A DNA stretch of 64,000 nucleotides from Eledone cirrhosa. Lineage: Eukaryota. How positions within the stretch are numbered: the stretch's first letter is position 1; every line of letters starts with the position of its first letter. Position numbers and translations under genes: made by a program. A model generated the notes under the pieces. It worked only from the letters and a program-made list of their open reading frames with translations, did not search any database and was not told the origin of the DNA. The stretch lies in contig OZ024743.1 of the NCBI GenBank assembly GCA_964016885.1, positions 160,332,001 through 160,396,000 on the forward strand. The letters are read 5' to 3'. Of the stretch, positions 50,520 through 64,000 are shown piece after piece.

Positions 50520-52720
50520 ATGGAAAGGATACCGTCATCTCAAACTCTCTGGTAAGCAGCTTTCTTGTTTAAACATTCATTCCGGATATACATAAATAAA
50601 ACATTATCTACCTTCTCATTTCCTGCTCCCTACGGTTGAGCCAAACCTGTTACTTACCAACCCACCATGGAAAAACACTACCTAGGCATTTCTCTAAAAA
50701 CTACACCATATCTTCACAATAGGGTTTATCTCAAAGATCTATTACTTATAACTAATCAATTCATCCGCCGGGTACGAGGGAAGGTATACCACTTTGAAAT
50801 CCAAATCAAGAACCCAATGTTAATTCAAAAGACAGTGATCATGATAATTACGGCTTTACTTCGTATAAAAAACCATCCTAGCAACATACTTCTGGTGACT
50901 TTTGAGACCAGTCCATTAGATATGGACACTAATATCATACTACAACAAATTCCAACGAAGCCTAAAAATAACGATGGATGAACTAGCAAAAATGGAAGGA
51001 ATACTCATCCGCGCTGATAAAACAGACAATATATACTCACTAAACTTGATGCTTATAGGAACTTTATAGTTAAGGAACTGAATAAGAAATGTAGAAAAAC
51101 GGATGTCTACCATTGATAAACTATAATAGGGAAGGCCTTAAGATAGTCAATCGCTTAGGTATAGCCAACAGAACAGAACCATTTGTACCTCGACTTCCAA
51201 CTTTTAACTTGAAAGACCACAAAGACAACTTTGAACCTAACCCCCTCTATTAGACTAATATGCCCCTCTAAATCTGACATATGACGCATAAGTAAGTAAA
51301 TTATAGATAGGGCACTAATACAAATAAAAAAAAAACAGACTGTCCTTGAAACTCTGGAGCAATACTGGAGACATAATCAACTGGTTTACTAATTTAAAAG
51401 ATAAATCCAATTATAATTTCCTTCAATTTGACATAGATGACTATTATTCATGTATTTCCCAAGTCCTTCTCAATAAGGCCCTTATATTCGAGATGCTCAA
51501 TTACAAATTAACTAGAAATGAAGTCGATATGATTTTAATTGCAAGACGTTCGATCATAATTGTTTCTACTTTAGGCACAAGGCCAGCAATTACCCAGTGC
51601 ATTACTGGTACTTTATTTTATCGACCCCGTAAGGATGAAAGGCAAAGTCAACCTCGGCGGGATTTGAACTCAGATCATACAGGGACGTAACTATGCTGGA
51701 AAGCATGGCGTCAAACCCTCTACCGATACTGCCAATCCACGTTCGATCATAATGTTTGACAATGACTACTGGATACGTAAGGATTAACAAAACGACTTCG
51801 ATATAACTATGGGTTAGAGTGACTCCGCCTAAGTTACGGATCTTGTAAGAACATATCTTCTAGAATTCCCTGACCTCAAAGGAGGAATATATAGAGATGA
51901 AGCGCTCCTCCTCGTTAAGAACTTCAATGGTCAGCAGTTGGAAAGAAGAAGGAAAGCTGTTAGATTCTTCTTTCAACGCATGAGCCTTAAAATATCTTTT
52001 GACCATAACCTTAAACGCATCGACTGTTTAGATGTGACTCTCGACCTTAACTCCAGCATATACGAACAATTCCATAAATAATAACTTAAACTATGTTAAT
52101 CGCCTAGGACTATCACTAGCTCCATCGTTAAAAATGTATTCCTTAGGATCTCCAGATTGTCTGCCTCTGAAGAATCCTCTTTCAACCTACATGCGGACCA
52201 CTACAACGCTACCCTACTTAAGGCCCGTAATGATGAACCACTAATATTTCATCCAAATACACCATGCGGGGGAAAATCCAACCACCCCAATAGGAAAACA
52301 TCACAATCATACCACACAACATTTGCCAATTTAAATACCAACGGCTCAAAGCCCCACAGTGGCGGGACAAATAATAATACTGCAAATAAGAAAACACAAA
52401 GGAGGTCCCGCACAAAGTCATATCTATGATATAATCCCCCGCACAATAATCTGGTAACTACTAAGCTATCCTATCACTTCTTCAAACTTATAGACGAACA
52501 TTTTCATTCTACACACAAATTCCATAATATACTAAATAGAGACACAAACCGACTATCCTATTCCACCACAGCTAACCTGGGCAATTTCATCATGAAATTA
52601 AATAACAAACTCCTCCGCAGGTATGGCAATACCAACAGCCAATGGAATCCCGGACATAATCTGAACCCTCAGCAATATTCGCAGCCTCCAACAATTGTTT
52701 CCGAAGAAGACGGTTTGATC
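50520..52720 (+). mobile_element. Penelope-like element RT region (Hydra-like), heavily degenerate
   Basis: LGISLKTTP, ADKT, LKDHK, W.NT.DII.WF, FLQFDIDDYY, IYRD, LDVTLDL, YNPP; the C-terminal part is homologous to the start of ORF 48619-49533. Confidence 0.8.
51561..51738 (-). mobile_element. tRNA-derived SINE with 15 bp target-site duplication
   Basis: acgttcgatcataat at 51546-51560 and 51739-51753 flank the SINE. Confidence 0.93.
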
Positions 52721-53058
52721 GAACCTATATATGATGTCAGATAGTATACAGTTATACAACTGTTATAGATCAGTCAATATGTCAAAATGATCAACCCTCC
52801 AATGAAATGAATAGGTAAAATAACTTGACTTTGTTATTGTTTCCATTGTTAAATCAATATCTAACATCGGACTCTGTATCTAAGGGATTAACTCAGCGGA
52901 ACAGGGAACCTTTCTATGGATTTCACTGGATTACTCGCTATCGGATTACATTGAGTTCTGTCTACAGTACGGACCCTACCACGAAGGGTATACCACATTG
53001 AAAGTATATATAGATATATATATATATGTATATGTATGTATATATATATATATATATA

Positions 53059-53450
53059 TAATTGTTTCTACTTTTGGCACAAGGCCAGCAATTACCAGCA
53101 CATTACTGGTACTTTATTTTATCGACCCCGTAAGGATGAAAGGCAAAGTTAACCTTGGTGGGATTTGAACTCAGACCATAAAGAGCCGTAACTCTTTTCT
53201 GCAAAGCATGGCGTCCGACTCTCTACTGATACTGCCAATCAACCGCTTAACTATATTAATAATTGTTTCTACTTTTGGCACAAGGCCAGCAATTACCCAA
53301 TAAATTACTGGTACTTTATTTTATCGACCCCGTAAGGATGAAAGGCAAAGTTGACCTCGGCGGGATTTGAACTCAGAATGGAAAGGGCCGTAACTCTATG
53401 CGTCAAAGCATGGCGTCCGACCCTCTACCGATACTGCCAATCCACCACCC
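53059..53450 (-). mobile_element. Two tandem tRNA-derived SINE copies (about 53059-53245 and 53256-53450)
   Basis: Both are reverse complements of the 37374 copy. Confidence 0.9.
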
Positions 53451-53869
53451 TATATATATATATATAAAATATGTATATATTTATGTGTAAATTGGAGTTG
53501 TAGCCGCAGTTCAGCGGATAGTAATTGAATTGTTTGAAGCAGTCACAAAGCACTCAGTGGTGAGAAAGTTTATACATTTTCGTTCAGATTAAACACAAAC
53601 TTAAGAAAGTGTGATACCATGAATAAAATGACCAAGTATATGTGGCCGTCGTTTATGACCATAACAACAATAAACACAAACAGGTATATATAATTAGTTT
53701 TAGACCCTGTTTTAAACAAATGCCCATTAGATAATTATTGGTGTCCCACTTCCTTTAAGTATGCTTGGTGTTTACTCAACAATAAATCGTATGACATCCA
53801 GAAAACCAGAATGTACCATCTCCACCATCTCTAACATCAAATTCCATAACAATTATGGAATTTACACCT

Positions 53870-55530
53870 GCAATGTTGCGACGTCACCTTAAGAATAAGC
53901 GCAACTATGCCTCCCCTGGTCTTGATGGTGTTACATACCTGCTTCTCAAACGTGGCGGGTATTTTCTTTTGCGCTAGCTTTCTTTCTTCTTTCAATACTG
54001 TCTCAACAATGGTGCTACTCCGGAGCAGTGGAAAACTGCCAGTGTCATTCCCCTGTTCAAAAAGGGCAACCGCATGTCACCTGTCAACTATTGTCCAGTC
54101 AGTCTTACTAGCTGTATGGCCAAACTGATGGAATTCTGTGTCAGAGAAACACTTTGGAACTTCTGGAGCTCTCACAACCTCATCCGGTCCTCACAGTTTG
54201 GATTTATCCCTAACTCCAGCTGCTGTGATCAGCTTATCGAGTTCCTTGAAGACATCACCCGGATCACTGACAGCGGCTATGGGTGGATGTTGTTTACCTT
54301 GACTTTGCTAAGGCTTTTAATTCTGTGCCACACAAAAGACTTATGGCAAAACTCTCTGCAATGGGTGTGAGGGATGATCTTTTCGACTGGTTGAAATCCC
54401 TCATACTCAGCCGAAAAGAAGTAGTCACGGTTCTAGGACAGCATTCTTCACCATATGAGATGTCATCTGGTGTACCACAGGGATCTGTTCTTGGTCCCCT
54501 TTTGTTTGTGGCATATATTAATGACATATATGCCAACTTACAGAATGCCACGGTACTGAAATATGCAGATGACATCAAGCTGTACCTTGAAATCAAAAGG
54601 ACTGATCCTGAAATCTACAACTCTTTCCTACAATCAGACCTGGACACAATGCAGCAATGGATCACAGACTGGCAACTGAAGCTGGCTGTGGACAAGTGTA
54701 CCACCATGTATTTTGGGAGGAAAAATCCAGCGTCCACATACTCCCTCCACAACACTGATATCAAGAAGTCCTCTTGTGAACATGACCTGGGCATTACGGT
54801 CAGCAGCGATTTGCGTTGGACAAAGCATGTCTCTAAGATTGTCAAGAAGGCCGAGGGTGTCTTGGCATCACTCAGCAAGACCTTTGTTAGCCGCTCTCCA
54901 GCCATCTATTTAAAACTGTATACAGCTATGGTAGGACCAAACTTGGAATTCGCATCATCAGTCTGGAACCCCTATCTTGCTCAGAACATTGACCTCCTGG
55001 AAACTGTTCAGAGACGTGCAACCAAGCGCATACCCTCCATCAGACACCTACCATACTCTGAACGCCTTGCTTCCCTGGGCATGGATTCATTGAAGCTCCG
55101 ACGTCTGGCAATGGACTTGGTAAATACCCATAAAGTTATTAACCAATTGCAACCCTGAGCACCATTTTGATCTCCATGTGTTTAACACACGTGGACATGC
55201 CTACAAAATCAGAAAACAGCACAGCTCCCATGACTTTCGTAAACATTTTTTCACGCTCAGAGTTGCTGAAGCATGGAACAAACTGCCTGCGTCAGTTGTT
55301 AGCTGCCGGGGCACTGCATCCTTTAAGACACTCATGCTTCCTGAAATACCCCAAAACTACACCTGATGTACCCCTTCCATACACATGCACACATGACTCA
55401 TGCACTGTTCATTTTCCTGATGTTTGTACATTACCCTATGTACTATACATACACTTTTTGATGAGCTGTAGTGCACCTGAGCACTGTACACAATATTTCA
55501 TTATTATTATTATTATTTTTATTATTATTA
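53870..55530 (+). mobile_element. CR1-clade LINE, 5'-truncated (RT + 3' UTR + (ATT)n tail)
   Basis: NYCPVSLTS, QFGF, YLDFAKAFNSVPH, GVPQGSVLGP, KYADDIK, DLGI, LETVQRRATK, TRGH, RVAEAWNKLP; 3' hairpin gtgcacctgagcac. Confidence 0.93.
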
Positions 55531-56405
55531 TCCTTAAAACACATGTTGAAGTATTTTGGCCATAACGCTCTACCATTTAAATTCAAATGTTACTTGGTAT
55601 GATTGCAAATATCGTAGATCTCAATAATATATCATACGTGTTTATATAGCATTTTATATAGTTACCTCCCTTGAAAGCATAGTTGGAAACATTATTGACA
55701 GTTGTTTCCCTTGGTAAAGGCAATTATTTGCTGTTCTGTATCCAGATGGATGTTGGAATTTCCTCGCTTCCAAGGATGGAGGTTGTACTCGTTTGAACAG
55801 CAGTACAGCCTCCTCACGGAAATAACGTACAAGTATCTGAGCATTCCACAGACATATGTACCACTAATTTATTTTCAGAGGGACTAAATGTAAAATAGTG
55901 TGTGACAGGGAAACTCATTTTTGACAGCTGAGTACACTGGATCAACGTTAAATATAACTTCTTCAGTCACACCACGTGCCGCCGGATTTCATGGATTTAC
56001 GATTGTGATCCGAACGCTTTAATGTGCCTTCATTGTATCTATTTAATGGAAGGGTTTCGGGATGGCAGATGTCAGAATGTATGGCCAACATTTTTATGAG
56101 ACACAATTTTATATAGATACGAGGCCTTGGCTGGTATTTTATTTTATGAACCTGGAAAGGGAAGGTTAATTTCGGTGGGATTTGAACTCAGAACCTAAAA
56201 TGCCGGAGCAAATACTGTAACGCATTTCCTGACGCTCTAATAAGTCTCCCAATGTCCATCACTTAACCTACATAATACGAAATCTATGGAATTGATAACC
56301 CACGGCTAATTACCATTTCAAAAGAATCACCGGTACAATTAAAGAGTACAAAGAAATAATGTGAACAAACTGAGTGGTGAATCATAACACCAAGACAGTC
56401 CCTAA

Positions 56406-58240
56406 TCTATATATATAAAACTGTGGTTGTCTGTCTGTCTATCGATTTTTGGCACACATCTCCTCTTAGAATCTCTCACGGAATTGCACCGAAATTGCTA
56501 TACTTGTACATTGAGCCCTAGCGAAGACATCGGAAAAAAAAATATTTCAAATTGACCCACCCTATGTGACGAAATCGAATATAATGTATCGATTTTTGAG
56601 CGTAAGTTATCAGTTATTTCCCTTTGTTCTGTTTACATTGAGCGTCTTACGTAAAAAATTACGCTGGCTTTCTCAGTCTTTGTTAATAAATAACCAGTGC
56701 AGTTTTTATCCCCAGCATCCTCTTTTGTTATAACATTCGGGTTATCGTTATGTTTTCTTAACTTCATAAGGCATATTGTTGGTTGAGGGAATATTAATCA
56801 AAAACACCAAATGCAAGTCTGCACAGTAGACACTACAGTTTTTAAGCCAAAAAAGAAACTTAACATTGTAACTTTAACACAGCTACTGAGCGACCCCGTT
56901 TTGCTTCATTTCCATTTAAAAGCATTTTAAAACAATATTTTTACTTGAAAACAAGTCTATTTAAAGACTACGTAAAACAAGCAAATATTTCGTCGTTAGG
57001 CGTGCAGACAGACAGTCGTGCAGACAGACAGTCGTGCAGAGAGGTGATATAGGCGTGCAGACAGACAGTCGTGCAGAGAGGTGATATAGGCGTGCAGACA
57101 GACATAACTGATAATTTGGTTACGCTAATGTTTTTCTCTGCGTTGCAGTGTTTACATTTTCGATCTTTGTTAATAAATAACCAGTGCAGTTTCTATCCCC
57201 AGCATCCTCTTTTGTTATAACATTCGGGTTATCGTTATGTTTTCTTAACTTCATAAAGCATATTGTTGGTTGAGGGAATATTAATAAAAAACACCACATG
57301 CAAGTCTGCACAGTAGACACTACAGTTTTTAAGCCAAGAAAGAAACTTAACATTGTAACTTTAACACAGCTACTGAGCGACCCCGAGCAACGCCGGGCTT
57401 GACGGAATTGCACCGAAATTGCTATACTTGTACATTGAGCCCTAGCGAAGACATCGGAAAAAAAATATTTCAAATTGACCCACCCTATGTGACGAAATCG
57501 AATATAATGTATCGATTTTTGAGCGTAAGTTATCAGTTATTTCCCTTTGTTCTGTTTACATTGAGCGTCTTACGTAAAAAATTACGCTGGCTTTCTCAGC
57601 GTTTAAAATGACATTAACACAATACACGAACAGACAGTTGTCGAGCCAGCAAAATATTGACCTGCAAAATTCATCAGTTCGAACACTAAGCTTCCGTTTT
57701 GCTTCATTTCCATTTAAAAGCATTTTAAAACAATATTTTTACTTGAAAACAAGTCTATTTAAAGACTACGTAAAACAAGCAAATATTTCGTCGTTAGGCG
57801 TGCAGACAGTCGTGCAGACAGACAGTCGTGCAGAGAGGTGATATAGGCGTGCAGACAGACAGTCGTGCAGAGAGGTGATATAGGCGTGCAGACAGACAGT
57901 CGTGCAGAGAGGTGATATAGGCGTGCAGACAGACATAACTGATAATTTGGTTACGCTAATGTTTTTCTCTGCGTTGCAGTGTTTACATTTTCGATCTTTG
58001 TTAATAAATAACCAGTGCAGTTTTTATCCCCAGCATCCTCTTTTGTTATAACATTCGGGTTATCGTTATGTTTTCTTAACTTCATAAGGCATATTGTTGG
58101 TTGAGGGAATATTAATCAAAAACACCACATGCAAGTTGGCACAGTAGACACTACAGTTTTTAAGCCAAAAAAGAAACTTAACATTGTAACTTTAACACAG
58201 CTACTGAGCGACCCCGAGCAACGCCGGGCTTTACTGCTAG
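56406..58240 (+). mobile_element. Non-autonomous Helitron with internal tandem duplication
   Basis: A|TCTATATATATAAAA start with (CTGT)n, subterminal hairpin cccgagcaacgccggg, end CTAG|T, no TSD; internal blocks repeated 2-3 times and a 37 bp minisatellite. Confidence 0.88.
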
Positions 58241-58779
58241 TAAACAATAAACGACTAAATTAGTTACGTCGCAAACACATTCAAAACTGTAAAGAATGAT
58301 ATTCTCAGTGTTAACAAAAATAAAATCGTAAAGTCAGCAAGATGTTAAATTACTTATCATAGCAATGTGAAGTTACACATTGACCTGTGTCATACAAATC
58401 AGATGTGAATCATATAAACAAGGAAAGTAACCATCTTTGATCAATCGTAGAGTTATATTGCCTAATATTTAGATGGAAAAAGCCTTCTCTGCCATGTACC
58501 ATAAATACCTAAAGAATTGAAGTTAGATGCTAGGTGATAAGTTTGGGATTTGAAGGGGAAATGTTGATTATACCACTAACATCCCAGTTTTATTGTGCAA
58601 CTTACGAACAATGGCGTCGTCATTTACATGATTCCAATTAGCTAAATATTGGTTCACAGCATGGTGACAAGAATAACAAGAGGTTATCTGCAACTCGATG
58701 CAAATAAAATATCTCATGAGACTTCAATCCAGAGTTTGATAATAAATTCCTCTCCCAAAATGCTGCCCTCTGAGCTCAA

Positions 58780-59300
58780 ACAAGAAAAATGAAATTCTTT
58801 ACGTGCAACAGAGGTTTACGCGTTTGCAGGTTGATTATATTTTCAAGGATCCTACTCAGCAGATCACATGCCGAGCACTGACAACTGACACTAGGCCTTA
58901 GTAGAATAGCATTTTTTTGTGGATTTGGAAGGACCGTTCATTTGTGGTAGCCTACTGTAACGCTGTTTCACCTATCTGTATTCTTTCAACGTAAAGTCAT
59001 TCCTATTGTGTTTCAGTATCTGGGGCATTTTCCCCCGGTTATAACCGTTAGCTCCTCATACAACTTGCAGCAACTACCGTGCCACAACATCTGTCCTTCA
59101 ACGACCACCATATTGCCTTTGTTTGCTGGCAATGTGAAAGTAGTGCTGCTATTATTCTGCAGAATTTTGCTATCTATTACTTCCTCACTAGCAATGTTTG
59201 CAATGGGGGTACTTGTCATCCTTCAGGGCTTGTCTCACTGTTTATCTCAACACATTAGCCTGTGTCATTGATACATTCAAAACTACTTTCTGAGTTGGTG
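58780..59300 (-). mobile_element. Old Penelope/Poseidon-like RT N-terminal fragment
   Basis: TLPANKGNMVVV (ADKG motif) and degraded PKxHK / LRPxVS by eye. Confidence 0.5.
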
Positions 59301-59356
59301 CTATCTAACGTTCACATTCAGAAAGTCATTCAAAGGTATGGCGGAATGCTATATGT

Positions 59357-59595
59357 ATAACTGTTTCTACTTCTGGCACTAGGCCAGCAATTACCCAGTG
59401 CATTACTGGTACTTTATTTTATCGACCCCGTAAGGATGAAAGTCAAAATTAGCCTCGGCCAGATTTGAACCCGCACCGTAAAGGGCCCTAATTCTATGCT
59501 GTAAAGCATGGTGTCCGAGCATCTATCGATACCGCCAATCCACCACCCTATATAAATAATTGTTTCTACTTTTGACACAAGGGCAGCAATTACCA
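59357..59595 (-). mobile_element. tRNA-derived SINE plus an adjacent 3' stub of a second copy
   Basis: 59357-59548 full copy; 59554-59595 tail only. Confidence 0.88.
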
Positions 59596-60547
59596 AAAAT
59601 GTCACACACTTTGTTGACATAATTAAAGATGCACCTATTCGTTTCTAGCGGATAGTGAGTGTGGATGTATTAAGCTTATTTAGCAAGGATCCTACAGATG
59701 AGATTTTCTCGGTTGCTTGGGGACAAACAATAATCGGATCATCATATATGTGGCACTAAAATCTTTTGTGTTCTTAATTGCACCAAATGAACACTCTACT
59801 TGCTAATATACACTTCTTCTTGCATATGATTTTGTCTTGGGTTGCTGTTGTTTGACTGAGGAGTTCGACAAACTTGAAAAATATATATCCATTTCAGTAT
59901 TAACTCAAGTAAGTAATTTTATGTCATCTTTCGTCTGAGACTGATCTGGAATCAATTTCTCTCCATGCATCTTTTTGTTTAGTAGTTCTAAATGTTTTTG
60001 GATAAGTGTCAGTACCAAAATGCCCGCCCCCTTTTTTCCCATTATACCTTTTCAAGGTTATGCTCTGACCCAACAATAAATCAAATTGCAGTAGCAAGTT
60101 TACTGAAACGACAAAACGTTGGTTTAAGTCTCTTAAAGAATTTAGTCTCAATCATCGTGAATTCAGATCTTACTGGACCTTTACCGCTTTGGTTCAGTTG
60201 TGATAAAGTAAATTGCCTGAAATATGATGCCGCTATTTATTGAGCAATATCAGCCGCGAAAACAGACACTTTTACTTTTTAGATAGTTATCCCCCTTGCA
60301 AACAAATTAGAGTTACTTCCCTTGAAAAATAATTGGATAGCATATAATTAGCTTTATTTACGATAGTTGTGTGTCCAAATGGTGAAAGAACATTTCTTGT
60401 ATATTTCGGCATCTGGATGATATAATCTTATTCTACGTGGCAACTGAACCATTTTTTACATAGAAGGCAAACCGCCTCAAACACATTACCGTCTAAACAA
60501 ATGAAAGGTCCTCCAGATAATCATATATACCCACTTCAAATAATTAA

Positions 60548-60727
60548 TAATTGTTTCCACTTTTGGCACAAGGCCATGAATTACCCAGTACATTACTCGT
60601 ACTTTATTTTATCGACCCCGTAAGGATGAAAGGCAAAGTTAACCTCGGCTGCATTTGAACTCAGACTGTAAAGGGACGTAACTATGCTGGAAAGCATGGC
60701 GTCCGACCCTCTACCGATACATCCAAT
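60548..60727 (-). mobile_element. tRNA-derived SINE
   Basis: Family match; aattaataat on both sides, possibly a TSD. Confidence 0.88.
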
Positions 60728-61929
60728 TAATAATAACTGAAAGTCGATAATTTTAAAATTATGATATGTAGATAAATATTTAATATATAAAAGAAGTAGA
60801 AAATACATTATTTTTCATGATATAACACAGAATTGATAAGGAATAAATGATTATAGTATAGATATATTCTTGTGTAGACACTCCAAAGAGTGATCGTTTC
60901 TTTATGTTTAGAATAAGAGATATTATTGAATATTAGTTGGAGATTTCTTTACAAATATACATAAAAATATTCCATGGTAACTTATATTTTTTTCAAAACA
61001 TAAAATATTAAATTACTTTAAAAGTTTCTATCTAAAAGATTATGAATTAGTATCCAACCAAATCTCACAGCTCTCAAAAGAAGCATAAACGGAAAACTCT
61101 ATCTAAAGGAGAGAAGAAAGTAATCAGGGATTGTCGTACATTATTTGGGGTTGGCAAAATATTGAAGAAAAAAATTAACATATAGGTTGGATAAGACTAT
61201 ATACAAGACAGCATTTGAAATGTTTTTTTAATAATTTTACCGGACACAGATTTTTAGTGTCAGTTTTCAAAGTTAAAGCACCAAGTGGCGAAAGCGAAAG
61301 CAGTCCATGGTTTGTATTCAGTCTTGAATAATAGTCCTTTTATCGCCTACCTTATGGGATTTCTTGTCACACAATATGTTCGCAATTGATCATAGCATAT
61401 AAACTTGCCTGGGGTGTAGAAAGAAAAATTAATAAAGCTATGTGACAGGGTTCCTGAATAAGAAAACGGTGCGACACACTGGAATTGTCATATACAAAGA
61501 CGAGGAACATAGACGTGAGTAAAAACGAATTCAAGAATTTTATTGATGTCTCAAAAAGGTATCATGAGCAGAAATGAGAAATAGATACAAAGATAATGAA
61601 TATAGCATTTTTTCTGGAGGCCAGAAGCGTTCTTCGTGTCTCCTCACAGCTGATGAGTGTAATTCATAATGAGAATTTCCTTATGACATGCAGCTCCTGA
61701 CGCATTAAAACCCAGTACTAGCAGAGTATGCTGTAAAGATTAGAGCTTCGCAAACGAAAGCGTTCGGTATCGGAATCACTATATCACCGGGATTATTTCA
61801 AATTTAATTCATAAATTTGGAACACACACACACATACATATTAATTTTATTACTAACGTATTGAGTACTTTTGTTAACAGTGATCGCCTCCCGATTTCTC
61901 GATTTACATCAGGCTTCTTTTTGAAGTGA

Positions 61930-63712
61930 ATGCGCGTACTATCGTGAGCTCGAGTAAGTTTGTTATTTCTACGGTTTTAAATACGTTTGTTATTAATATT
62001 TTTGTTTCAAAAGGGCATAAGACTTTAGTATTTGCGCCCAAGAAAGGACTCCCCATAATATTTGGACGTTTTGGTCCAAATATTCAACCATTGTGTGTTC
62101 AAAAGAAAGTTTTTATCGAAAATAAAAACAAACATGGCGGAGCCACGCTGCCCAATATTGAGTTTGCTGTCGTGTGAGAGCAAGTCATAACTCTGCCCCT
62201 CCTGCAACAATTTTAAAATGTAACAACACATTAGGCAATATCGCCAACAACAGCACCACCACCAACAAAAACAACAGTAAGAACACTAATATAAACAAAA
62301 ATGACAACACTAACAACAGCAGCAAGTGACATTACCAAAAACAGTAAAGAGACAGTGGTGAACAGCACCAGCATCAACGACAGCAACACAAACAACAACA
62401 GCAAGTAGGACAACACCAACACCAACAGCAGGAACGAAAAAAAAGATAGTAATGTACACCACAATAACAGCAACAATAACAACAGCGGAAGCAACAACAG
62501 CAGCCACGAGAACAAGAACACAACAGTAAATAACAATGCCGCAGAGAGGAAAATGGCCATCTCTTTTGCGTGGGTGGCACGCACCCTAGAGACAGTCCTG
62601 GTCACAGAGGAGGAGATGGCGGTGGCAAGACACATGGTGACCAGAACTGAATTTTCATTCTCCCTGAAACCTCCAGCCGATTTCGTGGAGGAGCAAGAGC
62701 GACGGACGGTGTCATACCGCACAATTGACACGAAATCGCAGCGGTGGGTCGGATCGCAAGATAGAGTTTAGCGCCTACCTCGAAGGCATGCTTTAGCTCT
62801 CGCCCAATGAAAAGCCGATAACAGCTGCTGAAGTACGGGAGACAATGACCGACTGCACGGTGGGTAAATAGCCTAGTTTGGATAGTTTGCTCTACGAGCT
62901 TTAAGTAAACATGCAGACTTGTTCGGCGACCTCCTAGCGGACGTATATTGCAACTGATAACAGAATGGGACGAAATCGAACTGCCCAGTCTGTTCCGGAG
63001 GACGTTCAAGCCGGAGACGAGGGATATCTTACAGAAATCCCTCGCTTGGCTGTGCAGGTGCACTGCCCAAGAGGCGCGCAGATTGATGAAACCGTTCTGC
63101 ACACTCTCGTCTAGTGTCCGTGTGTTACTGACATGAGGAATTATGTCGAACAGCTGTGATCGCGTGCAGGACGGATCCAGCTATCGACGGAGTCCATAAT
63201 GAATATCGCCCCGCCGCCTTCTTTTGGCCAGGAGGGGCAGGCAATTTTCCCCTGTCAGGTGGCAATAGCGAAAGAGGTTGTATTCTGGACCAGGTTGAAA
63301 AGACTGAAAAAAAAACAATTTTTTCTTCGGCCAATCCTTCATCAACAAGTTCCACTTAGAAAGGAAAGCGAGAGTAGATGGAGAAGTGCCCCCCCCATAC
63401 ACACCACACTCAGTATATTTTCTAAAAGGTTGGTGAATGCGGTGAGGAGGGCCCATGTGAAGGTTAATTTGAGGAGGATAAGAGTGCCCTTCGAGAGTGC
63501 ACTCGAAGTATCGGGTGGTTCGGGATTGTTGGGGTACCTGAGTAGCCCCTGGGCTGGTCTCACCCCTATTGGTGACTCGTATTGTAATTTTATTGTTAAT
63601 TGCTTTCGTTACTTTGTTTTTCCTCGGTTTTATTGTGAACCCCCGCTGTCCCTGTCTTTTTTGTACTGTCCCCTATATGTAGGCTCTAGTGGCCAATAAT
63701 GAAACTATTAAT
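61930..63712 (+). mobile_element. Tx1-clade LINE with both ends present and large internal deletions
   Basis: 5' UTR resembles 9600-9790; N/T-rich ORF1; remnants of ORF2 (AIAKEVVFWTRLKRLK); ccaataatgaaac then (TAC)n. Confidence 0.8.
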
Positions 63713-63729
63713 ACTACTGTTGCTGCGGT

Positions 63730-63782
<53 letters not shown>

Positions 63783-63822
63783 ATAGTACTACTGTGCTAC
63801 TACTACTACTGCTGCTGCTACT
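63713..63822. repeat. (TAC)n microsatellite
   Basis: Direct. Confidence 0.9.
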
Positions 63823-64000
63823 AGTTTAACTGGAAATTTGATTAATAATCAATAAGCCGCAACCTGCAGCTTCAATTATTCAGGATATATCTGAGGCTCC
63901 TTGCTTTTCCCAGCAGGCCTGACTTCGTGATTGTTTTAAAAAAGGGACTGGGCTAATATTCTTTAACCAGCCTTGGAAGCTTTTAGAGAAAGTACCTGCT
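63823..64000 (-). mobile_element. R4/Dong-like LINE 3' end, runs off window
   Basis: Matches the 3' UTR and C-terminus of the 4036-4311 family (ttaactggaaa..aagccgcaacctgcagc..). Confidence 0.8.

Noticed and set aside
56998-57935. 37 bp repeats resembling a CRISPR array
   Set aside because: Contiguous units without unique spacers, inside a Helitron, no cas genes, eukaryotic context.

Overview
Repeat-dense, AT-rich animal genomic DNA. The (TA)n/(CA)n/(ATT)n microsatellite load and the SINE/LINE families look like a cephalopod (Octopus-like) genome; this is inference from repeat style only. The one host-gene piece I can support is the first coding exon of an aquaglyceroporin (minus strand, 16685-16789), whose downstream exons I could not find in the window. 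The rest is mostly decayed mobile DNA: R4/Dong-like and CRE-like restriction-endonuclease LINEs, Tx1, RTE and CR1 LINEs, several Penelope-like elements (PLEs, GIY-YIG), about a dozen copies of one tRNA-derived SINE, and an internally duplicated non-autonomous Helitron. The structure the ORF track does not explain is of most interest. There are about a dozen hammerhead-ribozyme or hammerhead-like motifs, three with intact catalytic cores, in PLE ends and in short segments between (TA)n tracts. Several long fold-back palindromes are built from those PLE ends. One PLE has an extra coiled-coil/N-H-Y-repeat ORF overlapping an ATG-less RT frame at AAATTTTTAG, a candidate -1 frameshift or splice acceptor. 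All alignments and folds were done by eye; element boundaries are approximate unless a motif is quoted.
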